Positions 1-12,035 of a stretch of DNA of 64,000 nucleotides are shown one piece after another. The stretch's first letter is position 1. The number at the start of each line of letters is the position of its first letter. Made by a program: the position numbers and the translations under genes. A model generated the notes under the pieces. The model was not told the DNA's origin. It searched no databases and saw only the letters and a program-made list of their open reading frames with translations. Source of the stretch: Octopus vulgaris (taxonomy: Eukaryota); contig OX597839.1 of the NCBI GenBank assembly GCA_951406725.2, forward strand, positions 31,806,001 through 31,870,000. Reading direction: 5' to 3'.

Positions 1-99
1 ACCCAGAACAATGTGGTTGGGAAGCAAACTTTTTACTACACAGCCATATATATATATGTATGCATGTATGTATGTATGTATGTATGTATATATATATAT

Positions 100-277
100 G
101 CCCTTCCTAACGCCAACCAATCTGAGAGCGTAAAAACACCCATTACACTCTCAGAGTTGTTGGCATTAGGAAGGGCATCCAGCTAGAGAAAACCATGCCA
201 AATCAGCATGCCAGCCCAGTCAAACTATCCAACCCATGCCAGCATGTACAACGGATGTTAAATGGTGATGATGATGT
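100..277 (+). mobile_element. SINE fragment (family with ggttggcattaggaagggcatccagc motif and (TGA)n tail) with inverted 5' part
   Basis: Motif and tail match copies at 8360, 16090, 37241, 50130 and 56678; 100-130 is the reverse complement of ~147-177. Confidence 0.75.
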
Positions 278-294
278 ATATATATATATATATA

Positions 295-530
295 ATATTA
301 AATTAGAGACAAAACCACTATTAGGCAAATCAAACAATGAAAGACTTTAGCCAATACATATGATTAATTTATATTATTTAAATATGTAACAAAATTATTA
401 AAAAATATAATTAATTATATTTTTTAATAATTTTGTTACATATTTAAATAATATAAATTAATCATATGTATTGGCTTAACTCTTTCATTGTTTGATTTGC
501 CTAATAGTGGTTTTGTCTCTAATTTAATAT
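295..530. repeat. Near-perfect spacerless palindrome, ~118-bp arms, centre 412/413
   Basis: Left arm attaaattagagacaaaaccactattaggcaaatc... is the reverse complement of ...gatttgcctaatagtggttttgtctctaatttaat; about 2 mismatches seen; lies between (TA)n tracts. Confidence 0.95.
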
Positions 531-609
531 AATATAATATTTTACTATAAAATTGGATTCAATCCTAAATCTGATTTTTCCCTGTAAGTTTGGATTTATT
601 CCCTAATAT

Positions 610-657
<48 letters not shown>

Positions 658-847
658 TATGTACATACATATATATATATAATGCAAATAAGATGATATT
701 TTTTCAAATGCAGAATTGCTGATAGAACAGCAGAAATACTGGGTTAATTACCCTTACAAAGAAGAAAACTGTCAACAACCATCCACGGGACTTGAACCCA
801 TGTCCCTGAAAGACTCTGGCTGAGTGCTTTATCATTAAGCTAAACTG

Positions 848-1025
848 CCTGTTATGTGGCAAAGTAGCTTGCTTTGTAATCCTGTGGTTTCAGGTTTAGT
901 TTCCCCGTAGGACATCCCTGGGCAAGTGTCTTTCACTATAGCCCAATGCTGACCAATGCCTTGTAAGAAAAAATATTAGAGAAAACAGTAAGGAAGCCCA
1001 ACATTTGTGTGTGTGTGTGTGTGTA
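848..1025 (+). mobile_element. Degraded tRNA-derived CORE-like SINE 5' half
   Basis: Similar to the recurrent ...ccttgggcaagtgtcttctactatagcc...gaccaaagccttg block. Confidence 0.65.
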
Positions 1026-2274
1026 AGTGAAACAGATATGATGTGTATGTTCCTTAACATTACAACTGGTTGCTTTGTGCATTCAAGGACCTGCAGGATA
1101 AAAACATTTCCCAAAACCCAGGCAAGGCATCTAGAAGGGCATTTGGCCATATAATGGTGTTTCCGAATAAGTCCCCATTCAACCCAGCTGGGAAAAACAG
1201 ACATTAAACTAATGAATACATGCATCTATGAGGACAGGGCAATAAATGTTATTAATAAAACATATTTCTAGTGCTTGGTACATATTTCTCTGAAAAAGAA
1301 AAAGAATGTACAGTTGGTTAATATGTACAGCAATGTAAATAACAGTTCATAACTGCAGGAACACATCAACCACTGTCTTTGGGGACTTGGAAATATGAAA
1401 TTATAGGTATGGAAAGCTTCAAACACACACACACATACACACACAGAGACAGAGTCTGTCTGTCTGTCAATCTATGGTTGAATGGGTATCATAAATAACT
1501 CATTTTACTTCTTTACATACAAACACCAACCAATCTGATTTTAATATTTATGATCAGCCTGCATGACAAATTATCACTAAAAAACAATAAATAACTGTTT
1601 AATATTATATAGGTTTATCAAGAGAAACTATCAGAGTTATTTCATTACAAATAACACTAAGAAAAATAAGATACTTTCACCTTTTATAACTAAATGTATA
1701 TTTTGATTAAAGATTTTCGTGATAGTCAGTGAACACCAAGCTACAATTTTTCAATAAGCTAGCTCCTATTTTACAAGTTCATAGCAACATTTTTTGACAG
1801 CAATCCATCTCTCGTTACAGCATGATTCATGGAACAAGCATGTAAGAGTAACCCTGTTTCCTAGAAAGGCAATCCAATATCACCTCTTCCCACCAGCCCA
1901 ACTCATCAGGGTTCAAATCAATATTTTCCAAAAGCAAAGTTCATTTAACAGGAAAAGAAGCAGGAGAAGATATATCAATACCTGTAGTTAAGCAAACAAG
2001 TTGGAAAAGAGATGGCAGAAGTGGTGGTGGTGAGGGGGGGGAATGACATTGGAAACATCTCAAATTATGAGAGATGGGAATGCAGGAGGACAGAAAGTAA
2101 TTTTACTGTCCTCCTCTTATAAATTTACATTTTTAACAAAAAAAAAAAAACATATCAATGAATTACCAACTCTGTATAAAGAGTGACATTTGTAAAGGAA
2201 GCAAGTTCCAGTGGCACAGAGTTTAACAAATAAAATAGGACAGGTTATAGCTTAAATTCTAAAAGTACCAGCTT

Positions 2275-2661
2275 CATCTTCATCGTCATTTTTAGCATTC
2301 AATTTTCCATACTTGCAAAGAGTCAGATGGAATTTAAGGCGGATTTTCTATGGCCGGATGCCCTTCCTGTCACCAATCCTCACTTGTTTCCAAGTAAGGT
2401 AATATTTCCCTATTACCAAGCATTTTCAAGGATGGGAAACGAAGGTCACCACTTGCATGACAATATTGGCCCCTTTACAACTATCATGCAATGTCAAGAA
2501 AACAGTAAAACAGACACACACACATGACGGGCTTCTTTTCAGCTTCCATCTACCAAATCCACTCACAAGGCTTTGGTTGACCCGAGTCTATAGTAAAAAC
2601 ACTTGCACAAGGTGCCACAGAGGGATTGAACCCAGAAGTTTCTTGCTACACAGCCATGCCT
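2275..2661 (-). mobile_element. Two adjacent SINE fragments ((TGA)n-tail family 2275-2510; CORE-like family head 2510-2661)
   Basis: ggatgcccttcctgtcaccaa and ttccatctaccaaatccactcacaaggctttgg motifs shared with other copies. Confidence 0.75.
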
Positions 2662-4424
2662 CTACCTTGAGGGTAGAAATTGTATTATTGCAAGAAACAT
2701 CTGACACAGTTCTTTACTGCATGGTTTGAGTTATCACATTGAATCTTAGAATCATAGTTTCCACAGAGTAAAATTGGTAACAGAGTTTCATAGAATTGTC
2801 CAGCTCCTGCTAAATTGGTAATGATAATAACGATAAGTAATTATCAATCAATAGATCAGATAAGTTACTAATACGCCTGTGTAAATAGCCATATTAACTT
2901 TGATAAAGCCAAACTGTGTTTATGAGTTAGTGCAGCCGCACTAGACAGTGCCTTGTTCTAGCAAGTGGGAGCGTGTATTTGGCAGCTGATGTACTGGCTG
3001 AGGTCAGAAACCTTTTGGACAAAATGTGTTCACTTGTGTGGCCAGTTTAATTTATTAATCTATACAATTCTATGGTTTCATGGTAACATTTAATTATGCT
3101 GTTACTGTACTAATTATCAGCTTTTAATGGGGAACTAAATCCTGTCAACATATATTGGTTTCATTTCCTAAAAGTATTCTATCACCCCTCACCACCACCA
3201 CCAGCACCACGTCCGCTGCCACCTGTTGGAGACTGTCTCTTATGGCATTCCATTCTTCAATGTTAATTGCTAAACATCACCATTATTTACTCAACAATTG
3301 CCAGATGTAAATATAGCAAGGGTGGTTAATGCTCAGACACAAAAATAGCAACGTTATTATAGGAGCAACTGTGATTATATTGCGACGGGTGTGTGTGTGT
3401 GTGTGCGTGTATGTGTGTGTGTGCATGTGTATCTTATTATTGTGTGTGTGTGTATGTGTGTGTGTTTGTATTTTAGAGGATAAGAATGAGTAAATATATG
3501 CTTTCTTATCAAGAAAAGCATATGCATACATGAAATAATTAATTTCTTTTCCGCTTTTGGTTTTTTGTTGTTTGTTGTTTTCTTAAATCAAACTAATGCC
3601 CATTGAGGAAAGTCAGTAAGCAGAAACAAAACATTAACATTTTTTATTCAAAGAAAGAAACCAAATACATGAAATTTCTTGGTAATTAACTTGGTAAATA
3701 AAAATGTTACACACACACACATATATATATATTTACATACATACATACATGTATATATTATATATATATATATTTATATATGTTCAGATTTGTACATACA
3801 CACAAGTGCAGATACACAGATATATATATATATATATATATATGTGGCAATATAAATTCTTAAATTATATTTGGCTTTCTAAAAAAAGAAAAAGAAGAAA
3901 GAAAGGAAAAGTGACATGAATGTATGTAGAAAAGCTTATCTAAATTTATAGATGAAATTGATATAATTTCCTGCCTTAGTTGCTGAACTAACAATGATAT
4001 AACTTGAAGAAAGATAACAAATATCAATATGATAGAAAATTAAATGTCAAAAGACAACACGTTTCTTGCTAAATTCTAAAATGTTGTTCTTCCTTTGAGA
4101 ATACATGACTAAAAGTAGCGCTGTTACCACCAATCTCAAGTGGTTTCAATTGCTGGTTGAAATATATTATAGTCTTGTGAGTTAGCAAATCAGTATTTAT
4201 GGTTTTATGGTAGTTTTATATATTCTAGAGGTTTTAAAACATTACCTGTCTGATAATATTTCACAGAAGTTTCACTCATTTTATACATTTCTGTTTCCCG
4301 TGTTCAGTTTTTGGTTGAGGTTTAAGCTTCAGGTTTTTAGGGCAAAGGAACTGTCATCCCTTCTCTGGGTGAATTGAGGAAGGAAATAAACTTGGAAAGA
4401 ATTTGGATATGGAACTGTAAACCT

Positions 4425-4657
4425 ATTCTTCTTCCGGCTAAGATAATTTGTGTTTGTCCCCATCACTGTTTGACCACCAATGTTGTTCTGTTTATATTCC
4501 TGTGACTTAGCAGTTCAACAAAAAAGACCAATAGAATAAATACCAGACTTAAAAAACAAAAGTGAGAGAAGTACTGGTGTCGTTTTGTTGGACTAAAAAG
4601 CCTTCAGAGGACTGCCCCAGCATGGACGCTGTCAAATTACAGAAACAAAGTAAAAGA
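4425..4657 (+). mobile_element. CORE-like SINE 3' half
   Basis: gtgtttgtcccc...cttagcagttc...gccccagcatgg...aagtaaaagat tail. Confidence 0.75.
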
Positions 4658-5325
4658 TATATACGTATATATATTCATACATACACACATTACACCTGCC
4701 TAACCACACACAGACACACAGAATTATGGTTCAAAATTAAACAAAAGACAAACATCAGAAACAGGTGAAGGAACAATGAAAAGGGTGTATTAGTTTGAAA
4801 CGCAGTGAAAATGGGAAAATGGAAAAGTCCATGGTCTTCTAAAGAAAGGAATATGGTGAGAAAACAGATGGAGGGAGTTACAAAAACACAGAGAGAATAA
4901 TGTGTATGTGTGTGTATGTATATATATTTATATATATAGGAAAAAAGCACATACGAAACAATTGTACCGATATATTGATCCATTCTTGTTGCTTTTTTCC
5001 TATTTATAATCACCTCACTTGTCGTATGGTTAGCACCATATAGATTTCCGGTGCATCCTAGTTAAGGACCATATTCATGTGAATTCATTAGAACTCACTT
5101 GAATCTCAATTACTTAAACCGAATTATATTTATATATATATACTTTATCCTTTTGTAAAGAGATGCTTTATTTTGGAAATCAGGAAATCTTTAATAAGGA
5201 AACCTTGTTTTCTTCTTCTTTGCAACCCTGGGATCTCTGCAAGGAACTGCATTCACCATGAATTGGTGAATTCCTTAATTTTATGTGTGTACATACATAC
5301 ATGCACACATTTTGTTCCTTTATAG

Positions 5326-5460
5326 TGAGGTGCACTTTTGGTTGGAAAATCAAAGTGGAGTGTGGAACGAAATGGGTTAAGAAACATCTGAAGCTGAAAG
5401 TGATTGGGAGAACTTCAAGAAATCCTCTCACTGTTGGGCAACAAGAAGAATTCTTTCTAC
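5326..5460 (+). CDS. Candidate 135-nt symmetric exon of an unidentified gene
   Basis: Acceptor ttttgttcctttatag, donor gtaaaa. Phase-1 frame is fully open (RCTFGWKIKVECGTKW...QQEEFFL); phase-2 frame EVHFWLENQSG...RRILS has one TAA at 5378. Confidence 0.4.
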
Positions 5461-5728
5461 GTAAAAGATAGTTAAAAGATAGATTCCCCAAGTTGTGTTA
5501 GCAGTACATTAACTGTGAAGTAGTGAATTGAAAGATACAGAATATTGAGAGGAAATGTTGTGATTCATTGCTTATAAACATAGTGTGAAGTGGAGTAAAA
5601 TGTTGAGAGAAAATTGATCTGTGGGTTTTGAAGAACATTGATCAATGTTTCCAGAAGAGATGACTAATGCCGATGCAAATGATGATAAATAATAATTATT
5701 ATCATATTAAAGTCTGTTTGTCTATTAG

Positions 5729-5814
5729 TTACATATAAATATATCGCATTGAAATTACTGAGGATTTGGTCAATCTGGAAGACAGGATGAGACAAGAATC
5801 GTTAGGAGGCCATG
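5729..5814 (+). pseudogene. Candidate exon with one in-frame TAA (YI*IYRIEITEDLVNLEDRMRQESLGGH)
   Basis: Acceptor ctgtttgtctattag; weak donor gttgga; phase 2 to 1 links the flanking candidates. Confidence 0.3.
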
Positions 5815-5964
5815 GTTGGATTGTCACTTTATACAGCAATGTTTCATACAAAAATTGCCAGTGCATGCACATGTGTGTGGGTTTATGTATGTATATGTAG
5901 TATATATGATGATGATCATCATACATACATACATACATACATGCATACATACATATATATATAT

Positions 5965-6326
5965 ATTTAAGTAGTTGAATGAATTATCTTAGTATGGATA
6001 ATTTGGTTAACCGATACCTGGGTAGCAAATTCACGTCCAAAAAACATGGTTGAAGCTACATGCCAAGGGCAGAGATCACATGCTTTCATGTGGAAATTTG
6101 TGTGTGTTTTTTAATACAAATAAATGAAAGAATGGAGTTGAACGACGATTTAACAAAATTCCTTTATTCTCGACATATGTTTTGAAGGCTGCATATTCCT
6201 AATTTCGAAGGAATAAGGGGTGCATTATGCCGCCTTCTCATCAGGAAAAAGAAGGAACTTATGTCAGCATCAGGATGAACAAAAACTCTTAGATGACTGC
6301 CCACACGGAGTCCATAGCGATAATGA

Positions 6327-6328
<2 letters not shown>
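5965..6328 (-). mobile_element. Penelope-type terminal-repeat remnant carrying a hammerhead-like motif
   Basis: Minus strand reads CTGATGA-gaaggc...gccttc-aAAAC-ATAT-GTC at ~6166-6249; bounded by (TA)n on both sides. Confidence 0.55.
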
Positions 6329-6364
<36 letters not shown>

Positions 6365-6687
6365 CATGGAGATTACATAGAGAGAGAGCGAAGTATATTT
6401 TACAATTTTATGACAGTGGTTTTCAGGAGACAGCCAAGCAAAAGATCTACTTTACATCAAAACGTTATTTGGATTACAGATTACAAAACAATACAGACAT
6501 TCATTTGAGACTGAAGCCATCACAAGTGAAGAAAAAAATACAGAGTTCATAGATTGGTGACGAAAATTATATTAAAATTTTAATACTCTTCTCAGGTTCT
6601 CTTAATAAAATACTAAGCAGAGTGAGAGGGCAAACAAGAGAATTCTAGCAATTCACAGAGAAACAAATTGATTGAAATTCTTTATAT

Positions 6688-7015
6688 TTTATCTTTTATT
6701 TGTCTGTCGTTGGCTTGTGGCCATGCTGGGGCACAACCTTGAAATATTTAGTCAAACAAATCGAACCCAGTACATAATTTTCTTTTGTTTTTTTAAGTCT
6801 AGTGCTTATCCTATCGATCTCTTTTGCTGAATTGCTAAGTTATGGGGACATAAATAAACCAACACTGGTTGTCCAGAAATGGGGGAACATGCACACACAC
6901 ACACACATGTACAATAGACCTCTTTCAGTTTCTGCCTAACCCTAACTCCTCCCACAAAGCTTTGGTCATCATGAGACTATAATAGAAGACATTTCTTACC
7001 ACGCAGTCACAGCCA
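6688..7015 (-). mobile_element. CORE-like SINE, near full length, degraded
   Basis: tggccatgctggggcac...ctcttttgctgaattgctaagttatggggac...tctttcagtttc. Confidence 0.8.
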
Positions 7016-7032
7016 AATTGATCAAAATTATG

Positions 7033-7267
7033 TAGTAATCCCTCACCATATCGCGGTTCACCTATTGCACTTCATCTATCACAGTTTGTTATTTAAGCTT
7101 AAGTCGATTCCTCCATGGTGTTGTTTTGCATTTATAATAACATAAATATATACAAATTATAAAAATAATAAAAAATAATACAGTACAGTACTATTTCTAC
7201 TTCATGGATTTTCACCTATTGCAGAGGGTTTGGGAACGTAACACCCACAACAGCTGAGAGATTACTG
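7033..7267. mobile_element. Tigger/pogo-like MITE
   Basis: Terminal inverted repeats (t)agtaatccctca ... tgagagattactg followed by ta. Confidence 0.6.
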
Positions 7268-7411
7268 TAATCAATTATAAATTACTAATTTTTATTATTA
7301 ATTAATAGAAAAGAGAAACGATAATTTTTCTAATTCCAATCATTTCATACTTTTTTCTCTTTTATTTCATGGACAAATTTTATTAAAAATCCCATCAATT
7401 TCCACTTGTAG

Positions 7412-7520
7412 AACATTGCACTTATAAATCACGTAAACATGGCCATGTGGATGTGACCTGAATACGTTGTACCAGCAGTAGATGGAGAATTGATGATGAC
7501 ATATTGCCAATAGTTTCAAG
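7412..7520 (+). pseudogene. Candidate exon with one in-frame TGA (HCTYKSRKHGHVDVT*IRCTSSRWRIDDDILPIVS)
   Basis: Acceptor tttccacttgtag; donor AAG/gtactg; TGA at 7459-7461; phase 2 end matches the 7745 candidate. Confidence 0.35.
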
Positions 7521-7744
7521 GTACTGTTTTGTGATTGTATTATCATTTTTAGAATGATATTTAATGAATTCAAGTATTTTATCACTATACAAACTCACTC
7601 ACATACACACCTTGTGTACAGTTAGATGTATGGCTGCTGCCGTTGAGTTTAAAGGTCCACATAGATTATCATCATCCAGTCTGCTTCCAGTATAATTGTT
7701 AAGTAACTACTGTACTTAGTATTATTACTGTTTGTGATTTGCAG

Positions 7745-7850
7745 AGCAAATGTAGGAGGAATTAAAATAAACACAAGATTGTATCATTTGTTCCCTACAT
7801 ACGTTTCACCCTTATGGTTGTTTGGAAACTCTGCACTGGACGTTCCAAAG
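7745..7850 (+). CDS. Candidate exon (ANVGGIKINTRLYHLFPTYVSPLWLFGNSALDVPK)
   Basis: Acceptor tttgtgatttgcag; open in phase 2 until TGA 7860; no canonical donor identified. Confidence 0.3.
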
Positions 7851-7931
7851 GCATTCAGATGATCACCCACAATGGATCATTAGAACACTTTATTGCATTA
7901 TGTTATGAAGAACAAATGTGTTTATCATTAT

Positions 7932-8301
7932 CTCTTTACTCTTTTACTTGTTTCAGTCATTTGACTGTGGCCAGGCTGGAGCAACACCTTAAGTCGAGCA
8001 AATTGACCCCAGGACTTATTCTTTGTAAGCCTAGTACTTATTCTATTGGTCTTTTTTGCTGAACTGCTAAGTTACGGGGACATAAAAATACCAGCTTCAG
8101 TTATCAAGTGATGCTGGGGGGACAAACACAGACACACACACACATATACAACAGGCTTCTTTCAGTTTCTGTCTACCAAATCCACTCACAAGGGTTTGGT
8201 CGGCCTGAGGTTAAAGTAGAAGAAACTTGCCCAAGGTGTCACAGAGTGGGTCTGAACCTGAAACCATGTGGTTGGTAAGCAAGCTACTTACCACACAGCC
8301 A

Positions 8302-8305
<4 letters not shown>
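7932..8305 (-). mobile_element. Full-length tRNA-derived CORE-like SINE
   Basis: From tail cttttacttgtttcagtcatttgactg to head cttaccacacagcc; matches many other copies in the window. Confidence 0.9.
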
Positions 8306-8359
<54 letters not shown>

Positions 8360-8362
<3 letters not shown>

Positions 8363-8715
8363 GTATACCTGTGTCACCTTACTGGCACTTGTGCTGGTAG
8401 CATGTGAAAAAACATTCAAGTGAGGTCGTTGCCAGTGCCGCTGGACTGGCTCCTGTGCAGGTGGCACATAAAAAGCACCATTTTGAACATGGCCGTTGCC
8501 AATACCACTTGACTAGCCCTCATGCCAGTGGCACGCAAAAGCACCCACTACACTCTCAGAGTGGTTGGTGTTAGGAAGGGCATCCAGCTATAGAAATTCT
8601 GCCAGATCAGACTGGAGTCAGGTGCAGCCATCTGGTTCGCCAGACCTCAGTCAAATCGTCCAACCCATGCTAGCATGGAAAGCGGACGTTAAACAATGAT
8701 GATGATGATGATGAT
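8360..8715 (+). mobile_element. SINE 3' portion with aggaagggcatccagc motif and (TGA)n tail
   Basis: gagtggttggtgttaggaagggcatccagc...aacccatgctagcatggaaagcggacgttaaac(aat)(gat)n. Confidence 0.85.
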
Positions 8716-9247
8716 ATATATATACTCACAAAGATACATACACATATATGTGTTTATATGCCCCACCACACACACAAACACACATGTATTGATTTCATAT
8801 TCTTTGAAAGACTGTCTCTTCAACTCTTTTACATTGTGTATTTATAAAATTGTTATTGTAAATCAAGTGGATATTGCCGATGTGTGCTCACATTGTATCT
8901 ATTATCCCTAATAATATACATCTAAGTATCTCTCGATGAAATTGTTTCCTTCTTAAATAAGTACCAGACTGGGAATCACATGATGACAACAACAACAACA
9001 ATGTCCTCTTAATCTGGTCATTCACATTTTATATCTTAATAAATTCTGCACCAGGACAGATGCTACTTATCGATCTGTTTGTATACAGATCTCTCAGGTT
9101 TATATGGGGTCTAATGTTGAATGGACAAACAATCTAGATCTATGGCTTTGCATTTTCAATAAAAACGAATCTGAAGTGGAGCTGTCATTAATCTTTTATT
9201 GAAATATCAAGAGGTTCCACAAGTCTCTATGATAAATTTACATATTT

Positions 9248-9296
<49 letters not shown>

Positions 9297-9309
9297 CATG
9301 CACACAGAG

Positions 9310-9720
9310 GAGCAGGTATAGCTGTGTGGGTTAGAATTCTTCATCAAAACAATATGGTTCTGGGTTCAGTACCACTGTGTGGCACCTTCATTATAGCAGT
9401 GGGCTGACTAAATTCTTTTAAATGGATTTAGCAGAGGGAAACTGAAAGAAGCTAGTCATGTGTGTGTGTATGTATTTGTGTGTGTGTGTGTGTGTGCATT
9501 TGTTCACATTTCCACGTATCTGAATACTGTGAGCTAGAGGCACTGATGTTATCAAAAATCATTCACTGGTGTTGCCCCTTCAAAAACATGTGATGTAAGA
9601 GAGCCCTTGCTTGAAAAACTGGTACGGGTTAGTGACAGGAAAGGTATCCAACCATAAAAGGTCTCAATAATACTTTCACCTAACCTGTAATAGCATGGGA
9701 AAAAGATGGATATACAAACA
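9310..9720 (+). mobile_element. Degraded SINE head plus degraded (TGA)n-family tail
   Basis: gcaggtatagctgtgtgg...ggaaactgaaagaagc; gacaggaaaggtatccaaccataaa. Confidence 0.65.
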
Positions 9721-9959
9721 AACTTATTCCTATTTGTATATTTATAAGAAATTTTTAAAATGACAAGGGAATAAGTAATTATGTCCTTAACTTTGACATA
9801 ATTAACAGAAACAGGTGTAAGCTAATGAAATTCATGACATAATTTCTTATTACTGCTGTGTACCCAACAGGTGCCTTTTTTCTGAAGCATATATATACTG
9901 AGTTCTAACACCAGTCTACTAGTATTACTATGCCTAAGCAAAATAATATATATATATGT

Positions 9960-10096
9960 TTTTTTCTGTGTTCCTTTCTGTAGAAGAGTGTAGGCTCGAA
10001 ATGTAAAAGATTTTTTCAATTCCTGAGCGTTATACTAATACATCTGTTTGTTTTCTACACCACCTGTCTTCGTCTTTTGTTTTTTTCATGAACTCT

Positions 10097-10100
<4 letters not shown>
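9960..10100 (+). mobile_element. Penelope-type terminal remnant with degenerate minimal hammerhead
   Basis: ctgtagaagagtgtaggctcgaaatgtaaa; a related copy in reverse orientation lies at ~4737-4880; (TA)n flanks. Confidence 0.5.
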
Positions 10101-10151
<51 letters not shown>

Positions 10152-10595
10152 AGTATGTATATATATAACACGCAAATAAGTCCATTAGAAAGTCTCTGTT
10201 CAAGATAGAAGCAGTGTACAAACCAAAAAGTAATGTTTATTGCCACTAATGCCATGCCTGGCAAATGAGTGCCTACCACTGAAGTGATCCAACAAGATCA
10301 AAATCATGTGATCTGGTGATCTGAGAGAGCTAGGGTGATAGGAGTTCTCTCCCACTTGCAATGAATATCAAGCGTGAGAGCAGACTGAATAAACCAGCTG
10401 AAGGAGATGTCTTACTGGGTTAAAATGGCAGAATTGGTGGTTCTTAGAGAACACCTACGTTAAAGGGGACAACAAACACTGTGTGTGTGTGTGTGTGTGT
10501 GCGTGTGTGTGTGTATGTGTGTGTATGTGTGTGTTTACTGGGAAACGTATGTAAGTATCAATAATGATATTACTCTTCATTTTTACAAATTGCAG

Positions 10596-10716
10596 AAGTG
10601 AAGTTGGCAAATTTGATTCCCACTGATAGACTATTAGTGAAGGATATGCAGTCCTCTGTAGAATATACTGTGCTTGTAGCTTCTGAAAATATATCTATCA
10701 GACATCTTAATCTCAG
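10596..10716 (+). CDS. Candidate internal coding exon, unknown protein (VKLANLIPTDRLLVKDMQSSVEYTVLVASENISIRHLNL)
   Basis: Acceptor ctcttcatttttacaaattgcag; donor CAG/gtagtt; open frame; unique sequence between two (TG)n tracts. Confidence 0.55.
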
Positions 10717-10733
10717 GTAGTTGTGTGTGTGTG

Positions 10734-10770
<37 letters not shown>

Positions 10771-11526
10771 ATGTGTGTGTGTGTGTGCATGCACATGGGT
10801 GTGTGTTTATGGAAACACAGGAAGAGTGTGTGTGAAATGAGAGAAAATGGAGAGGCAAAAAAAGTGATATAAAAATGAGTGCATATAAAACTACTCAATA
10901 GATTGATAAACCATCCATATAAAAGGAAGCCAGATCAATATCCCTGGGTTGTAAATGTGAATAAGATGCTATAAATCCAAAATGTTATGCTTTATACTTT
11001 AAAAAGCTCCAACAAAAGCAAAATAAACAGAAGTCAAAAACAGTGAGGGAGAAGGAAAAACTTTAATAGTGTAAAATTTGATTACTCAAAATGTTTATAA
11101 CTGTTTTTAATGTATCTACAGCTGTGCTTTCTAAGAGTCACACTCGTTCTCTCTCTCTCTCTCTCCCTCTCTCTTTCCCTCTCTTAGTCATATTCCTTCT
11201 CTGTCTCCCTCTCACTACTTGAAAATTGTCATTTGACACCACAGAGAATCAATGAGTGTTGTAGCATTAAAACCTCGCTGCCACAGTTCAATACACTTTA
11301 ATTAGTTGAGTAACATTGTGACAAATCAGAATTATAACGTTTTAGCACAGGATATTGAGAAGCAGAGATCTAATATCAATATATGTTCCTGTATGAATAC
11401 TCTCCGAGTTATATAACACAGTTGAATGTGTTATATAATAGAGTCAGCTTTGGTGACTCCATTATATAACCATAATGTACTATACATTCGCATAATCAAT
11501 TCTTACATTGCACGAACATAACATAG

Positions 11527-11764
11527 GGGCAGGTGTGCCTTGGGTGGGGTCAAAGCTTGCTTCCCAACCACATGGCTTTCGTTTGAGTTCCACTACACTG
11601 CATCTTAGGCAAGTTTCTTTTACTATAGCTGCAAGCTAACCAAAGCATTGTCAGCAGATTTGGTAGACAGAAACTGAAAGATGCCCATAGTGTGTGTGTG
11701 TGTGTGTGTGTGTGTTTATAGATAGCTAGATAGATGGATGGCTGGATGGACAGATAGACGGATG

Positions 11765-11798
<34 letters not shown>

Positions 11799-12035
11799 TA
11801 GATAGATAGATAGATAGATGTGCACCTTTGCGATTGTGTATGTTCCACCACCCACTATTGGGTAAACAGTGTTGGTTTGTTTATATTCCTATAATGTAGC
11901 ACTTCAGCAAAGGAGACTGGTAGAATAAGTAACAGAATTAAAGTAAAATAAATCCTGGGGTCAATTCATTCAACTAAACCCTTTAAGGCAGTGCCCCAGC
12001 ATGGCCTCAAAATTGCTACAAGTAAATAATAAGAT
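11527..12035 (+). mobile_element. Full-length CORE-like SINE with expanded internal (TG)n/(GATA)n/(GACA)n
   Basis: Head gcttgcttcccaaccacatgg; tail ggcagtgccccagcatggcc. Confidence 0.85.

Noticed and set aside
2084-2115. 10-bp stem hairpin aggaggacag/ctgtcctcct
   Set aside because: Too short to be meaningful without context
9053-9212. Possible exon TDATYRSVCIQISQVYMGSNVEWTNNLDLW...
   Set aside because: Several alternative acceptors, no convincing in-frame donor, and phase not linkable without a frameshift
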